DNA of 52,614 nt, filler included, from Asterionella formosa (lineage: Eukaryota): NCBI GenBank assembly GCA_002256025.1. It is 4 parts of 4 records of this genome, joined end to end, with 100 filler letters (N's around TTAATTAATTAA, not from the genome) between each part and the next. Parts side by side here need not be neighbours in the genome. Positions count along the whole stretch, not along the records: positions 13,195 to 26,286 come from NKIB01006971.1; positions 26,387 to 39,451 come from NKIB01006985.1; 2 more parts are not named here. The stretch is one strand, 5' to 3'. Below are positions 25,638 through 39,044 of this stretch, in pieces. Position numbers and translations under genes: made by a program. The notes beneath the pieces are model-generated. The model was given only the letters and a program-made list of their open reading frames with translations, was not told the DNA's origin and ran no database searches. Position 1 is the first letter of the stretch, and each line of letters opens with the position of its first letter.

Positions 25638-26286
25638 ATGATTAAGAAGAATACACGCGGTGAGACTAAAAAGCTTGCCAATCTACCTCGGGATGTCTTA
25701 TTTGCCAAGGATACACCAGCAGATATTGAAGATAAAGTAGCCCAAGGAATTCTGAATGCTTTGGACAAATTGAAAAAGACATCTGTTGACCGACGCTTGG
25801 CAAAATTGACTGGTACAAGTGCACTCCGGTATCGTACAGAGATAAGCTATGAGGTTCACTTTCGTGGTCTTACAAAATTCTTCAAGTTGATTGGTGATTA
25901 TGAGTCACTGTTGATGCTTAGGGACAAATGTCCTGCAAACTGTCCATCGATGAAGGTAGAATCCCTTGTAATGTATGTATGGTGGAAATACAATGCACCA
26001 AGTATGACATTATTGGATCTTGGTGGAAAGGAAGTTTACGATGTCATGGGGCATCTTATAAAATGTCGTGGGGATTGGAATGCCCCTGAAAAGCGTAAGG
26101 GATTTCGTACGGCAGTATGGTGCATTCATAAGGCTCACAATCAAACTGGTAACTACATACAGGCTTGTCAAGACTGTCGTGATATGCCCTTTGATGAGTG
26201 GTATAAGGGATGCAGTACCCACAAGGGTCATCCTGCTCTACTTAGATCTGGTAATCCTGCATACGATTCGGTCTTTACAGATTGTT
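25638..26286 (+). mobile_element. N-terminal half of a putative Crypton-like tyrosine-recombinase ORF, truncated by the contig end
   Basis: Intact ORF with GL..F..LIGDYESLL.L...P..CPSM, C.G.W..P, F..AV..IH, a CxxC...GC..H cluster and GNP. From recollection this resembles stramenopile YR-element proteins. The catalytic R-H-R-Y region is not in the sequence. Confidence 0.5.
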
Positions 26287-26386
26287 NNNNNNNNNNNNNN
26301 NNNNNNNNNNNNNNNNNNNNNNNNNNNNNNTTAATTAATTAANNNNNNNNNNNNNNNNNNNNNNNNNNNNNNNNNNNNNNNNNNNN
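26287..26386. other. Artificial contig linker
   Basis: N44-TTAATTAATTAA-N44. Confidence 0.98.
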
Positions 26387-27200
26387 GTAGTGAATCCAAG
26401 AACTTGTTAAAAGGTAACGCACGCTCTGTCTTGTAGTGGAGGGACGATTGAATCTTCTTGGCGTCAGCAATCCTACGTGTGGAATTTCCTTCGCCAGCAT
26501 AGTGCCGCCTCAACGCGACCATGTCCCTACGACCGTCCTGATAACGAGAGATGGAACGAATCCAATTTTCTGTCTGTTCGCCCTGTAGAAAACCAAGTAA
26601 CAGTGTATGCACACGTCTCGCATCCGCAATGTAATACTGACCGTTAAGGGGGGCACGATGGATCATGCGCTCGTTGAATGAGCCATAATCGGCCTCAGCT
26701 TCGGGATCCTCCGCTTCTCTTACCACATAAGACAACGGTATGCCGCTAACGCCGGGAATGACAGCCAAGTAGTTGATAAAGGCCTTTTCCCACTCAGGCC
26801 ACTTCCTCTCATCTTTGAATTTTCCCGGATTGGCAGCCTTGGAATTAGTAGCCACGAGATCTATGTCGGACTTCCTGATCTGCGCAAGGCTCAACGATTG
26901 ATATAGAATCTCAACATTGAAATCGTTGTGGTCCGGAACGTCGTTAACTCGATGACAATCCTGGACCCAATGCATAACGCCTGTCAATTTCTTTGTGCGT
27001 CCAAGTCCAAAAACAATCTTAATGTTTGCCACGCTACGCTTCGCAAATTCGTCCGCCATGTCACGAATGTCCTTTTCTACTAGATAACGGAAGTCCTCAA
27101 ACTCGCTAATACCTGCTGCCATGATGTTCAAACGTTCGACAGCGACCTCAAAACCGATTGCCAACAGAACGTGGGCGACTCCGACCAAGTTATTCGCCAT
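26387..27200 (-). CDS. Gag N-terminus of a diatom Ty1/copia (CoDi-like) retrotransposon, truncated by the contig end
   Basis: PGKFKDERKWPEWEKAFINYLAVIPGVSGIPLSYVVRE, APLNG..Y.ADARRVH, DGR.DM.ALR.HYAGEGN and LHYK.ER.L.F.KFL are typical of CoDi Gag. There are no in-frame stops. Confidence 0.85.
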
Positions 27201-28267
27201 GATAATGAGTGGATTTGCTGGGAAAAGAGAATGATAGTAATTCGCAAACGCAAACGCATGTCGTCAGTGGATTCCCGCTGTAACGATTTTCGCAAACGCA
27301 AACGCATGTCGTCAGTGGATTCTCGCTGTAACGAATAGTACTTGTGTGCAGGCAGCACAGTTACGCCAATGCCGTCGTTGAGTGATCAGTTCAACTCCGG
27401 CCTCAATCGCTATCGCTCGCTGGTCGTCTGCGGATACCCGTCGGTACGACTCGAGTGCACACGGTCACCGACGCCTGCGAATGATCGTCATCATCCAAAT
27501 TCGGTACGCACACGTGACACTACATACTGAATATGAAAAATTCGTTACGAACACGTAATGCCAGACGCCTTGTCTCGATGGTTCAAATTCGACGCTCCTA
27601 TTCGCTCGCACTGTACGCTCTTCTCCGATTCAAAGATAACTCAAGTGGTAATCGATAGAGCGTTGGGTCTGATAAACCGAATAAATACGCTAGTGTTGTC
27701 GGCAGAACAACTTACATGGTGCACAAGGAAAGAAAGATAAAGGTTGAAAAGATAGACTTAAAGATATATAAACCTACGCCGTTCTAGCGCATTCGCTGCT
27801 CCAAGCTTGCACGCTGTATTATCGCTAAAACACTCTAACGACTAGTTAGTCCCCTGTACCGTATGACACGGTACATTCATCCACACGCCCATACTGCACT
27901 GCAATATTCGTTCACCTTCCCTTCGGTTGCCTTTTCTCGTTTTCTTCCTGTATAGGTATGTTTAACTGATATGTACGGAAGTGTAGGAGCGGTCGTCATC
28001 TGATGAGTCGCTATCGTTGCTCATTTCATCAGGCAGATAAATATGGATGAGTACCCTGGTATGCTACCACAAACCACGCAGTGCGTCCCATCATTTTCTT
28101 ATTGGTAGTAATCGGGTTTGTTAATATAACGATACACATGTAATAACATTCTAGTGCTATTTCTATTCGCTAAAAGTTTCGGTGCGAGATTTGACTATTC
28201 TAGGATTTGGTCGATGCGGTGGGAAAAAATATGAAAAGTTCGACTATTGATAAAAAATTTCTCAACA
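27201..28267 (-). mobile_element. Putative 5' LTR and leader of the CoDi element
   Basis: The minus strand reads TGTTGAG... from 28267, a canonical LTR start. A 48-bp tandem duplication lies at 27241-27334. The LTR 3' end and PBS are not confidently located. Confidence 0.5.
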
Positions 28268-29654
28268 AAGTGACGTGTATTGTTATTTTCAACTGCAATT
28301 GGCTTTGGTATTTGGTCGTTGCGGTGGCGATGCTCTTTTAAGGCTGGTTGCATCAAAAAAATAATTATAGTACCCTACGTAGAACTGGTACAAAATATAA
28401 TCCTTATCTCTATAGGTTTAAGGAATATCTCGCCAATTTATTTGCTTTGAACACCTCACCATGTTGCTAAATATTGCTGCCGTTCCTAGCGCAAAAGTGA
28501 TTCCCCAAAGACTTTTAGATGCGTTATTCTAGTCATGAGTGGAACGCTTTGGGGAATCAATTTTCACATGAAATTCGAAAAGTTGTAGCAATATCAGTTA
28601 TGGCTGCTATCAGCGACCCTGCCATTTATGTTGTTTGGTTGCCGGTCAATCAATTCAGGGAATATTGTCATGAAAGCACTCCCTTGGCGATTATATAAAC
28701 GTGAATACTTATAGATTTAAGAGGTATTTCAGTAAGGTATTTCCAAATCTATCTTTGGAAGCAAATGAGGTCGAGATTTCTACAGGCAGGATGGTGAAGA
28801 TATTTCGACATGAGAATCAAACAAAGGAAAAAAGGAGGCAGGCAATGACTTGTTGAGATTACAGGAAAGACGCATGATCGGTTCCTATGCTTCTTACTAC
28901 ATATGTATATTATCTGAGTGGGAAGATAAATAGAAGAGGCTGCTAAGAAGTGGAATTCGGGGTCATTGTGGTACCAGTACTGTCTCGCGTTTACTACGGG
29001 TACCAAGCTGCGGTCATTTTCATTAAACTAACTCATTACCTTCAGCAAAGTTACCGCCACTTGCAGGTACTCCCTCTGTCTAGTTACAGTTGCATCGATA
29101 ATTCAAATTTATCCTGGGCCATGTTGACTCCTACGATTTTCTCCGGCTCAATAGCCCTATTGTGCGGCTTGCTCTAAGCTACAGAATCATGTATTTACGG
29201 TATATTCGTTTTGAGGATTTTTGCCGTTAAACATCCCATGGTATGGTCCATGTCGGTGCAACAACCGTAGAAAGTATACGGAGTGACAATTATTCTATTC
29301 ATGTTATAATTATGATAGTGGCTTGTTGTATTTGGTTTCACACAAATATTTGACTGGCCAGCCGATGTGAAACAGCAGTTGGCGATATGTACATGAATGC
29401 AATGAATATGTCTTTGTAAAATTCGTTTCGATTAATTTATTTTCATGCTAATAATTTAATTACAGAAACCGAGTACATGTTCACGTCTATCATGTAACTC
29501 ATAAATAACGCATTTTTCGAGCAAGCCAACCCTCACTAAGCAATTCGGTATGTTGGCTACATGATCCTTCATATGCAAACAGTAAAGACACTGATGGTGT
29601 CGGCGAATCGATGCAACTGTTGTTGGACAGAGGCAGTAGTCTACCAGTTAAAAA

Positions 29655-31340
29655 CTGTAAGCCACCGCTATCTTATTACTACTCTATCTTCGGACTAAAA
29701 ATATTTATGTAATGCAACAATCAAAACTTGATGCAAGTACAAAGTGTATGTGAGAAGATGCTCTATTAAGTAGTCAGTTTTTTCAAAGTATTGAGCCATG
29801 AAGATATAATTTTTCCCATGTCACTAAGATTGTTGCATAGCAATGGCTTACAGTGACCATGTTTATTTTTACTCCATTTATAATACAAAAATTCTTTTCT
29901 TATTACTTTACGTTTTACAATTTTGCAGGGCAGCATCATCATCAGAGAATTTTTCTGATGAAAAATATAAATCACAAGCTTCTCATTCAATTCTTGCTAG
30001 TGGAGTCTCTACCTTCATCTTGGAATAGTGTATTATTAGTAGGACCAGTAGCAGCTATTGCAACAGGAGGAGGTGCAGCAGCAGCAACAGCAACAAAAAC
30101 AACCACAGCAGGAGGAGGTGCATAGTAGAGAGGGAAGCAATGGCATCTGCTGGTCACCTCAACGGTGATTGGTGTCATCAAATCTTGTAATTAGAGCTTG
30201 CCTTGTTTGTGGAACAGGCAAATCACCTGATTGCTTGTCCCAACGCACAAACAATTTCAGTTCTGCCACTGACATTTGTTTGAAGGTACTTTTTATCGAA
30301 GTGTGTGGTATTCTTGTAGCCTTTTGTTTCTTTAAACCTAACAACAATGTCCAAAATTCGCTTTCGTTCCAGTGTATTAGTAAGAATATTTGGCCCAAGG
30401 GCTGTTTGTGCAGAGGCCAGTTGTCCTGCTGTGATTCTTTTCTTATGTCCTTCGATCTGGGCAACTACTTTCTAATTTCTCCTTCTAGCTTATGTCTCGT
30501 CCTGATCAATTCCATTTCACACATCCTCACATTTGCAAAACTCATTCTTGCCTGTGATCTTCTTTTAAGGTGAGTAATTTGTGTTCTGCCTATTTTTTAG
30601 ATATTCATTTTGAAACAACAGTTTTGTTCACTACTGTCTCCAACCTGCCAGTCGTAGTAACTGGTACATAAACCAATCTGCACGTTTCCTCTCCAATTTT
30701 ACTCCTTTCTTTGCTGTGACTAACTGTGCATTTTATCATGAATCCTTACCAATAATATATCCCAAGCTTTTTGCTGATTGAAATTTGTTTCTCGCCGCTT
30801 GCTTGTTCACCTTTGTCATAGTTTCAGTACCAGCAATCAAAGAGTTGGCCAGCGTCAGTCCTTCAGAAGCAGAGATTGGAACTTTAATTTTTTCAAGTTG
30901 TTGAATTAGTCCAACGAGGTAAGGGTCAATCTCGTTTATTCGTGATTGATGTGGCCGTCCATGTTTGCTCATATGACGATGCTGACCAGCATTCTGAACC
31001 TCACGAATCTTCTTTATTTTGATTGCTGCTCTACTCCTGACTGTTTCAAAACTAACCTTCACATTTGCAGGATACCATTCCTTTCTATGGCAGCATCAAC
31101 GATAAAATCAATTGTTTCTTTCGAGGTACGTTTGTTGTATATTTTGCTGTTTAGCATTTTAATCATCTTCATGTACTCATCTGCACCTTCACTCAATGCA
31201 TTTTGCATCTGGGATTTGCTGCTCATGGAGGCAGCAAAATGCACATATCCTTTTTTCTCAGTTGATTCAACAGCTCGTTTCGCTTGTTGGGGAGCACCAA
31301 TGTAAAACAAAACAAAATTGGTAAGTGCTCTTGTCATTGG
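29655..31340 (-). mobile_element. Internally deleted pogo/Tc1-like element (CENP-B-type HTH remnant plus C-terminal region)
   Basis: HGRP...IDPYLVGLIQQLEKIKVPISASEGLTLANSLIAGT (30736-31062), followed shortly by the C-terminal VAELK..V.W.K..GD.PVP.T motif with no DDE region between. The candidate terminal motif CTGTAAGCCACCGCTA is at ~29655. Confidence 0.6.
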
Positions 31341-32799
31341 ACTTATTCACTTCTAATGGAACATCACTGACAGACACGCCACATTTACATTCTCTCAAAG
31401 TTAAGCTAACGAAAATGAATCGGTGAGTTTTATTTGGCAACATTGGAAACCTGAAACTTAGTTTCATTCAAGAATTTACTGACAATTTACTATTACAGAC
31501 TTATACATGATCACTTGCTTTGATTTGTCTGTGGTAAGTGAAGCAAGCAAGAGGATACGATGGAATGGCGTGATGTTGTGATGTCAGTGTAACATGTCTA
31601 GCTAACAAGTCATTCCTTCTCATTGTTACTGTAACTGCATAGGACAATAAAACCGATCAAACAACAGAATAGTCGGCGAGTTCAGAATGACACTAACAGC
31701 AGGGAGAGAGACGCAACATTAGTAAGGCATTGCTTGGCACAAGATTCAGAAAAGACGAAGAAAAGGGTGAGACAGGAACAATATGCATTGAGCCGAGTAG
31801 AGAGAGAAACGTTGGGTCGCTGGCATGTAGATTAATAGATAGTATTGCTAAATTTGATAGCTAAATTATGATCCATTTCAATCTATTTTGAACAATGCTT
31901 GTGATTAGAATTATGATCATGTTTACGATAGATTTACGAGGAAACAATTTACATGATAGCATGGAGTTGAGCTGATTTTAGGATGCGTTGTAGTTATAAT
32001 TTACATCTGGCAATCACGAGAATTGAAAATAATATGAGAACAAGGTTTATGATGTTGACGAGTAATGTGGTTGTTGATCAGTTGATATACATTGTATGAT
32101 GATAATGCTCTTATTATCATTATACTTCAAGGTCGGTAAAAAAATAAAAAATCATCATAGTTATAGGATACCTTGATCATAATTTTGATCCAAAAATTAT
32201 CATATAAACGAAAATCCTGTTCCACTTAGCTAGCGTACGATACACTTGATCCTATATGCGTGATACTTTTTATTTACAGACGCACGTAGTAGCAGACTTA
32301 AGTTCCAGTTTAGCACTTTGTTTTAATTCAGTTTTTTCTTGGCTGGTTGACAGATATCTGAGGGAAAATGCGTTGCTTAGCTCATCTGCAAATAAAAACC
32401 ATCATATTCCTATGATGCATCATAGGATTATGATCATCTGATCAATATTTTTCGTTGTATAATCAAATAGTTTTGATAAATGCCCTCGTAATTTATATAG
32501 TAACCCTTTTGACTATGTATATTTAATTTATATATTCTGTATTGTTTCCATGAGGCTCCTTTATTTTAATTTCCTAGTAGGATAATGTACCAGCTAAAAT
32601 ATTATACTTTGGCTCATCATCTTCGTCAGTCCTCACGCCGATTTTTGCAACAACGAGGAAATAATATGACAAGTGAAATGATTGTTTGCGAAAAAGCCTT
32701 CAATTTTAGGTTGAGTGATCATTATGTCTTTGAGTTATCATCATTTGCAGTGCATCTATGTTCATAATCATTCAATTAAGAGTTTACAGAGAAGAAATC

Positions 32800-34497
32800 A
32801 TGCAAACTCGGAAAGGTTCAGCACACAGCGCACATAGTGGATCTGTTCTGTCGACCAGCATTTTAATCTCGCCAATCAACTCATAAACCAACACATTCTA
32901 ATTGTTCTCGTTGACATTTTATATTCTCACATACTGCAATCAGAAAGGGATGGTAAAACCAAATTTCTTGGCAATTGGGCACAATTCTGTTTGGACACGG
33001 AGTCCAGGAAAGTTTTAAAACGTCACGTAGCAAGAGATCAAACAGAAGATTTGTTCTCCGTTGGACCTGTCCCACCAATCAAGTCAACATTCTTTCATCT
33101 TGGAACAGTTTTGTTTCAAGTCACAACGAAAAATTCTCTTGTGGATATGTTTCAGTTAGAAATAATTGTTCTTCAATTTTGTGTTGAAAAATTTTTGAGC
33201 TCCTATTTGCATTTAAAAATGTTGATCGAAGTATTTGGACGACTTCCTTGCAATTCTTCTTTCAAGAAAGATGATATTGTCTTCGTACAATCCAAGATTC
33301 AAACAAATGAATGAAAAAGTCGCTCCCTACAAATGGCATAATCATGCACCTCTTGGCCACATTTCTGGATGCATAAAAATTGTCAAATTTTTTTAACTGA
33401 TGATAGCCCTTACGGACTCAAATTGAAAAAGTTTACAGAATCATATCGAACTGCAGTTAAAAAGTGGAGAAGCAAAATTCCATTCAAAAGGATATGGAAA
33501 ATCTTAGATTTTTTGGGAGTGAAAAAGAACCAATAAAGGACCATAGCTTGGAATCATCCAATGTCATCATTTGTTAGGACAGTGTAGTTTGTGAAAACCT
33601 TGTAATAACTTAACTAGTAAATGAAACTATATTATCATTCATATTATTCTTCTATCTTTATCAAATTTCGCTTGCTAGTTTTTGGTCCCACCCACTCGAT
33701 TTCCATAAATGATGTGGAGGCATGATGGCAACATAAAAATTATCTTTCCGTATCTGTTCCAAAACTTGCTTCTTGCGGTTTCAGAGATTTCCTTGATCCC
33801 TGTGGTTTCAAAGCAGATACAACAAATGCTGCCGAAAGTATGTTATAAAATTCAGCAATGTTCAATTCAGTTCTATCATTGCATAAGGTGTATCGCCTTT
33901 CTCAAAAAACATACATTTATGAATTTTCATTTCAGCTGAACTTTTCAAGGAACGAATACACACTAAGAGAATGGTTGTTGCGTTGGAGAAAATAACATTT
34001 TCCCAAAGAAGTAGTTTTGCCGGAACTGTGTAGGAACTTGATCCATCTCCTTTTTCTCAGTTCACTTTGACCAAGTAAAACTATTCAAGACCAGAGACTC
34101 CTGCATTTGAATCATTGTTCCTTTTTTTATGGCAGCTGAAAACAGTAGTTTGGCCGTGATTCTTACTTTCAATTTTGACATGATAATAAAAGTCAATCCT
34201 TACAATGGAAACAGTACCAGGCGCAACCCCATCATCAAGAATTTTAATTCTTGCTTTTTCTATTGCTTAATTTGCTATGCTCTTTATGTAGTTAGTCCGA
34301 TTCGATAAATCAGGATGAACCAATTGAGACAACGGTGAACCCGAACTATGTGATACATGCCAATCTTATTAGGAACACCTGCTATAGTCCATATACCATT
34401 TGATGTTAAAGGAGAGAATTGAACTTTAACGGAAAGGGATGGTGAATGGATCTTGGTAGGCGAGATTCCCAAATTATCAGGCGAGATACTAGGCTGA
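32800..34497 (-). pseudogene. Degenerate ORF remnants related to the 1342-3525 family; insertion site of the copia element
   Basis: 32945-33028 is homologous to 1342-1425 (both can encode LPRNLVLP). Many stops. Confidence 0.4.
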
Positions 34498-34916
34498 GGA
34501 TAAAGTATATGGAATACAATGAGTTGAGAATTAATGTTTTAGTGATTAGAAACAATGAACCAAGTCATGCAACACTTATTGACAAATGACTGGAGATCTT
34601 TACTTATTGACAAGTGAACAATGAGATGCTCACTTATTGTTAAATGAATAAATGATGCTCACTTATTGTCCAATGAATGCGATTTCTTTTTGTCAAAGTA
34701 AGCAAGATCATTTTGCCGGGATCAAGGAAAGTGTGAGAAGTCTTGTTCAGAATTACATGAGTAATCAGGCAAGAACAAGACTAGATAGACTTTTAACAGA
34801 AAGCTCATAATATTTCAAAGTGTAAAGTGAAATACTTTCTACGCTTTAGTTATCTTAAAAGTAAGATCTGTGATATTTCACCTAGATATTTTATCACGTT
34901 TTAAAACGAACCTACA
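34498..34916 (+). repeat. 5' LTR (approximate)
   Basis: Matches 38878-39044 over the shared length and ends ...AACCTACA just before the gag ATG (34928). Contains ~29-bp ACTTATTG tandem units. Confidence 0.75.
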
Positions 34917-35744
34917 GGTCTAGAGACATGGTTACGGCCGTAGAGAAATCAGGTGAGACTGTTTGCTTGATCAAGTTTGATGGAAGCGAGACTACTTGGC
35001 ATGATTGGAGTATCAAGACTCTTCAGCTCTTGAAACCTAATGGCTTTCGGCATGTGTACGTCGAAGACACGAAACCCATCGATGATGATGCCTATTTGGT
35101 GCCTACTGATAATGACAATAAAAAGAAATATAAGATTAATAAATGACAAGGCATATCAATTATTGATTCTTAGTGTCAGTGGGATTGCATTTGGGATGGT
35201 GAATTGATGGATGGAGATGCTTTTCTTGCCTGGTAGTATTTGGAAGGATCGCTATGCTCGCTCTTCATCAAGTTACTGATTTGATTCAGCTTACAGGCGA
35301 ATTCAACGATTTTACTTTGGAGAGAACTAAAGCAGACCCAGATGAATAGAATGAGTCAAATTGATACATCATTCGAAAAGAATGAGGTCGAAGTCATTGC
35401 GCACATGATGAACAAGTTACCTAAAGAGTACAGTGAAGTCATTCCTTTTATTGAAGAATTGGGTATTATTACTTTATCAGACTTGAAATCTAAACTTCGG
35501 GCATTCTACAAAAGAAAGTTCAAGGATGTAAATACCAACGAGATTGCGTTGTCTGCAAATGGTAAATTCAAGGGACTATGCAAGAATTTTGGAAAACAAG
35601 GACACAAGGCAGCCGACTGCCAATCCAAGAACAATAAAGCAGGCGCGAACAAAGAAACGAAAGGCAAAGTTGTCAAATGTTTCAACTGCAACAAGTATGC
35701 TGGTCACATTGCTAAGAATTATCCTAAAGAAAAGAAAATGAAGG

Positions 35745-36180
35745 AAAGCACATTAGATTGATATTCAGTTTTACAGTACCTGCAATTCACGATCAAACTT
35801 ACATGTTCACAGCAAAACTTCTTGTTCTTGAAAAAAAACTCACAATCTTTGTGACAATCGATGGCTCGGTTCAATTTTAGCTAAGCGGTAAGCAGGAACG
35901 ACGTAATGATAAGGCTGTTGAAATAGAAGATACTTCATAACCTTGTATGGACAAGTTTTGAACCGAATTATAATCTTTGTAGTGATTGAGCTCATTGACC
36001 AATTGATAATATCCTTTCGCAAGTGCAAAATGTTTTTCCCTCAGTTTGTCATGTACTTGTTAGTCCATGCAATTAGAATCTTTTAATATCCTTTCGCAAG
36101 TGCAAATTTTTTCCCCTCAGTTTGTCATGTACTTGTTAGTCCATGCGATTAGAATCTTTTTTTATGATATGGTACCATGT
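35745..36180. other. Foreign fragment captured inside the copia gag-pol
   Basis: Colinear with ~2855-3205 and contains a ~77-bp internal tandem duplication (~36009-36160). Confidence 0.85.
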
Positions 36181-38877
36181 TTGTTGGTATTGTTGAAACG
36201 ATTGAAATTCATGAAGAAAAGTCAAATACAGATGATGATTTTGAAATAATTGACTGGACTACAAACAACAAGACGTTTTTTGACTATGAATATGTTGAAG
36301 ACACCGAGGTACCGAGGTCTACAGTACATGGAACGAAAACGAATATGCATTTGTTGGAGTGACAATTGAAATCGCGGATGATGAGATCAATAAAGTACAC
36401 AATGCAAGCATCAAAACCAGTGAGAGTAAAATTTGCGCATCAAGTGATGAAAATGAACGTTGGTTAGCTGATACAGGCGCAACCAGTCATATTACGTTAG
36501 CAGATACAAGCGCTACCAGTCATATTGTTACTATTTTCAATAAGTATATGACAAATGTGAAAGAAGTAAATGTACGCGTTGTTTTTGGCGATGGTAATGA
36601 AGTCATTTGCAAGGAACGCGGAAATATCTGCGTGCGAAACAAAGTGACCAATGAGACACTCTTGCTTAAGAATGTGGTCCTATATACACCTACCTTTCAT
36701 AAAATTTTATCAGCATTGGTACTATTGTAAGTAATGGTAAATACGAACTTGGTATGAAGCACAAAAAATGACTTTGACAAAAGCGGGAAAATCTGAGACT
36801 CTAGATTTTAAACGTGATCATTCGGATGTTTTGTACTTTTTCCAAGGAACTCGTGGAATTTAACCAGGGGGGGGGGAGTTATATTGTATCTGCAGAGGTC
36901 ATCACAACGAAATTGACCAGTATGGACATTAATAAAGCTCACGCTAAATATGGACATATTTGGGGAAGCAGTGTTGCAGGCTACTATGAAATCGCTTGGT
37001 ATCAAAATGACAGGTATGATGTATACATGTGAAGGATGTGCCCTAGCTAAGGCTAAAGCAAAAAGTGTTCCTAAAGTGACTGGGAGCAAGGCTACTCAAC
37101 GGGGCAAACGTTAATGCACAGATATTAGCGTTCCATAATAAAATTCGATATTTAGAAATGACTATTGGATCCTTGTTGATGACAAAATTATTGGAGTTTC
37201 TTTTTCAAGAAGAAGTCTCAACTTGCTTCAAAGATTGAAGATTTGACTAAACTCAAAACGGCTGAGTATGTTACCAAGTTTCTCCGTTGTGACAAACCGG
37301 GTAAAAACATCTCAGGTTTGACAAAATTATGTGAAAAATTCAATATTCAAATTTAGTTTACGGCACCCTACACGCTACAACAGAATGGAATTGTTGCGCG
37401 AAAGTTTGGAACCATTCCTCAACAAGCATGTGCAGCAATGTTTGCTGCAAAAGTTAATGATGATTTTCAAGGTTTACTTTGGGCAGAGGCCATTAACACC
37501 AACACACGAATCACTAACATTGTTGCCACATCTGATAGTGCAAAAAGTGCAGATGAGAAGTTTTACTAAAGGGTTCCAATGATTTACGATCACCGAATGC
37601 ATTTTGGCAGGATCGGATGGGTGAAATGTGCTAAGAAAACAAATAAACTCGAAGAAAAGGCCATTAAATGTGTGATGGTTGGTAATGCTAATAATCTTGC
37701 TGGAGACACTAACCGAATGCTTAACTCTCAGACACGAAAGATTATAAATAGTCGAGACATTCGCTGGGCTGATTGGCATGGTCAAACAAATCCAATTACA
37801 GGTTTGCGGGATTTCAATGTGGAAGGGGAAACAGAAATTGTTGATATTCCAATTGATGATGAAAAGCAAGACGAAGATGTTGTTCCTGTTGTATCACCTA
37901 TCCAGCAGGATATTTATTTGGAAACACTTGTTCAAGATTTCAGCTATCCGAAGCAGTGGGGAAGTTAGATGATGAGATCAACAAAAATTGCTGGAAAGCC
38001 AAATGATATTAAATGGTTCAAAAATGAAATCAAGAAACACTTCATAATTAAGGAGCTTGGCCCTTTGAAGAAGCATTTGGGAGTATAAAGTGGGACGCTA
38101 ATTGGAGTCGAGCATGGAGGATTTCGTTCATGTTATGCTCCAAGATTATCATGATATTTTTGGAAAGTATCCAACAGATGCATCAACCCCAGCATTGCCA
38201 GGAAATGTTCTCAGAAAGAATCCAGACAAAGTGACTCTCCATAAAGAAAATCGTTTAATGGTTGGAAAAATGTTCTATTTTGTGAAAGTTTGACCAGTAT
38301 GCGCAGCAAATACATGTCGTGAACTTTCTCAACATCTAGAGAATCCAGGAGATGCCCATTGGAGTGCTGTTGAACGTTTTTTAGGTTTCATTGCAACTGA
38401 TGAAAAGAACAGAAAATTAAAAAAGAGACCACCACATGAATTACGAGTTCAAGACGTGGTAGACAGCTCATTTGGGGACAATCCAGAAACCAGGAAATCG
38501 AGACGTGAATATTTAGGTATGATTGGTGGTGCATCGCTAGTGAATTGGATTTCGAAAGGACAGAAGATTTTTACTGTTTACAGCACTGAAGCAGAGTATT
38601 TGGCTCTATCAGATGGATCAAAGGAAACTACTTTTTTAATGAATCTACTCAATAAAGTCGAATATGTGGAAATGCTCAGTATCATTGCAGAAATAATACA
38701 GGTGCCATCTTTCTATTAAAGAATCAACAGGTTGGGTCAATAACTAGGCAGATTGATGAGAGGTATCATTACTCGATTACTTTGAAGAATCCTGCAGACC
38801 TACTTTCAAAGAATGACACTCATGCAACCCACTTTATGAATTGTACTATGGATTGTTGGTTTCGAGATCAGGGAGGG

Positions 38878-39044
38878 TGATAAAATATATGGAATCCAAC
38901 GAGTCGAGAATCAATCTTTTAGTTATTAAAAACCAAGACGCAAGACATGCAACACTTACTGACAAATGACTGGAGATGTTTACTTATTGACAAGTGAATA
39001 AGATGCTCACTTTTTGTCAAATGAATAAGTGATGTTCACTTATT
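38878..39044 (+). repeat. 3' LTR, interrupted at 39045
   Basis: PPT AGGGAGGG (38870-38877) is followed by TGATAAAATATATGGAAT..., homologous to the 5' LTR up to CACTTATT. Confidence 0.85.

Larger units (their letters stand above)
34498..39044 (+). mobile_element. Degenerate Ty1/copia LTR retrotransposon (RT largely deleted)
   Basis: Motifs in order: gag with zinc-knuckle remnants (CKNFGKQGHKAADC, CFNCNKYAGH), protease WLADTGATSH, pre-integrase AHAKYGH/CEGCALAKAK, integrase APYTLQQNGIV, KLEEKAIKCVMVG, a short RT remnant and RNase H VDSSFGDNPETRKS...STEAEY. A PPT and two LTRs are present, with many stops and frameshifts. Confidence 0.93.
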
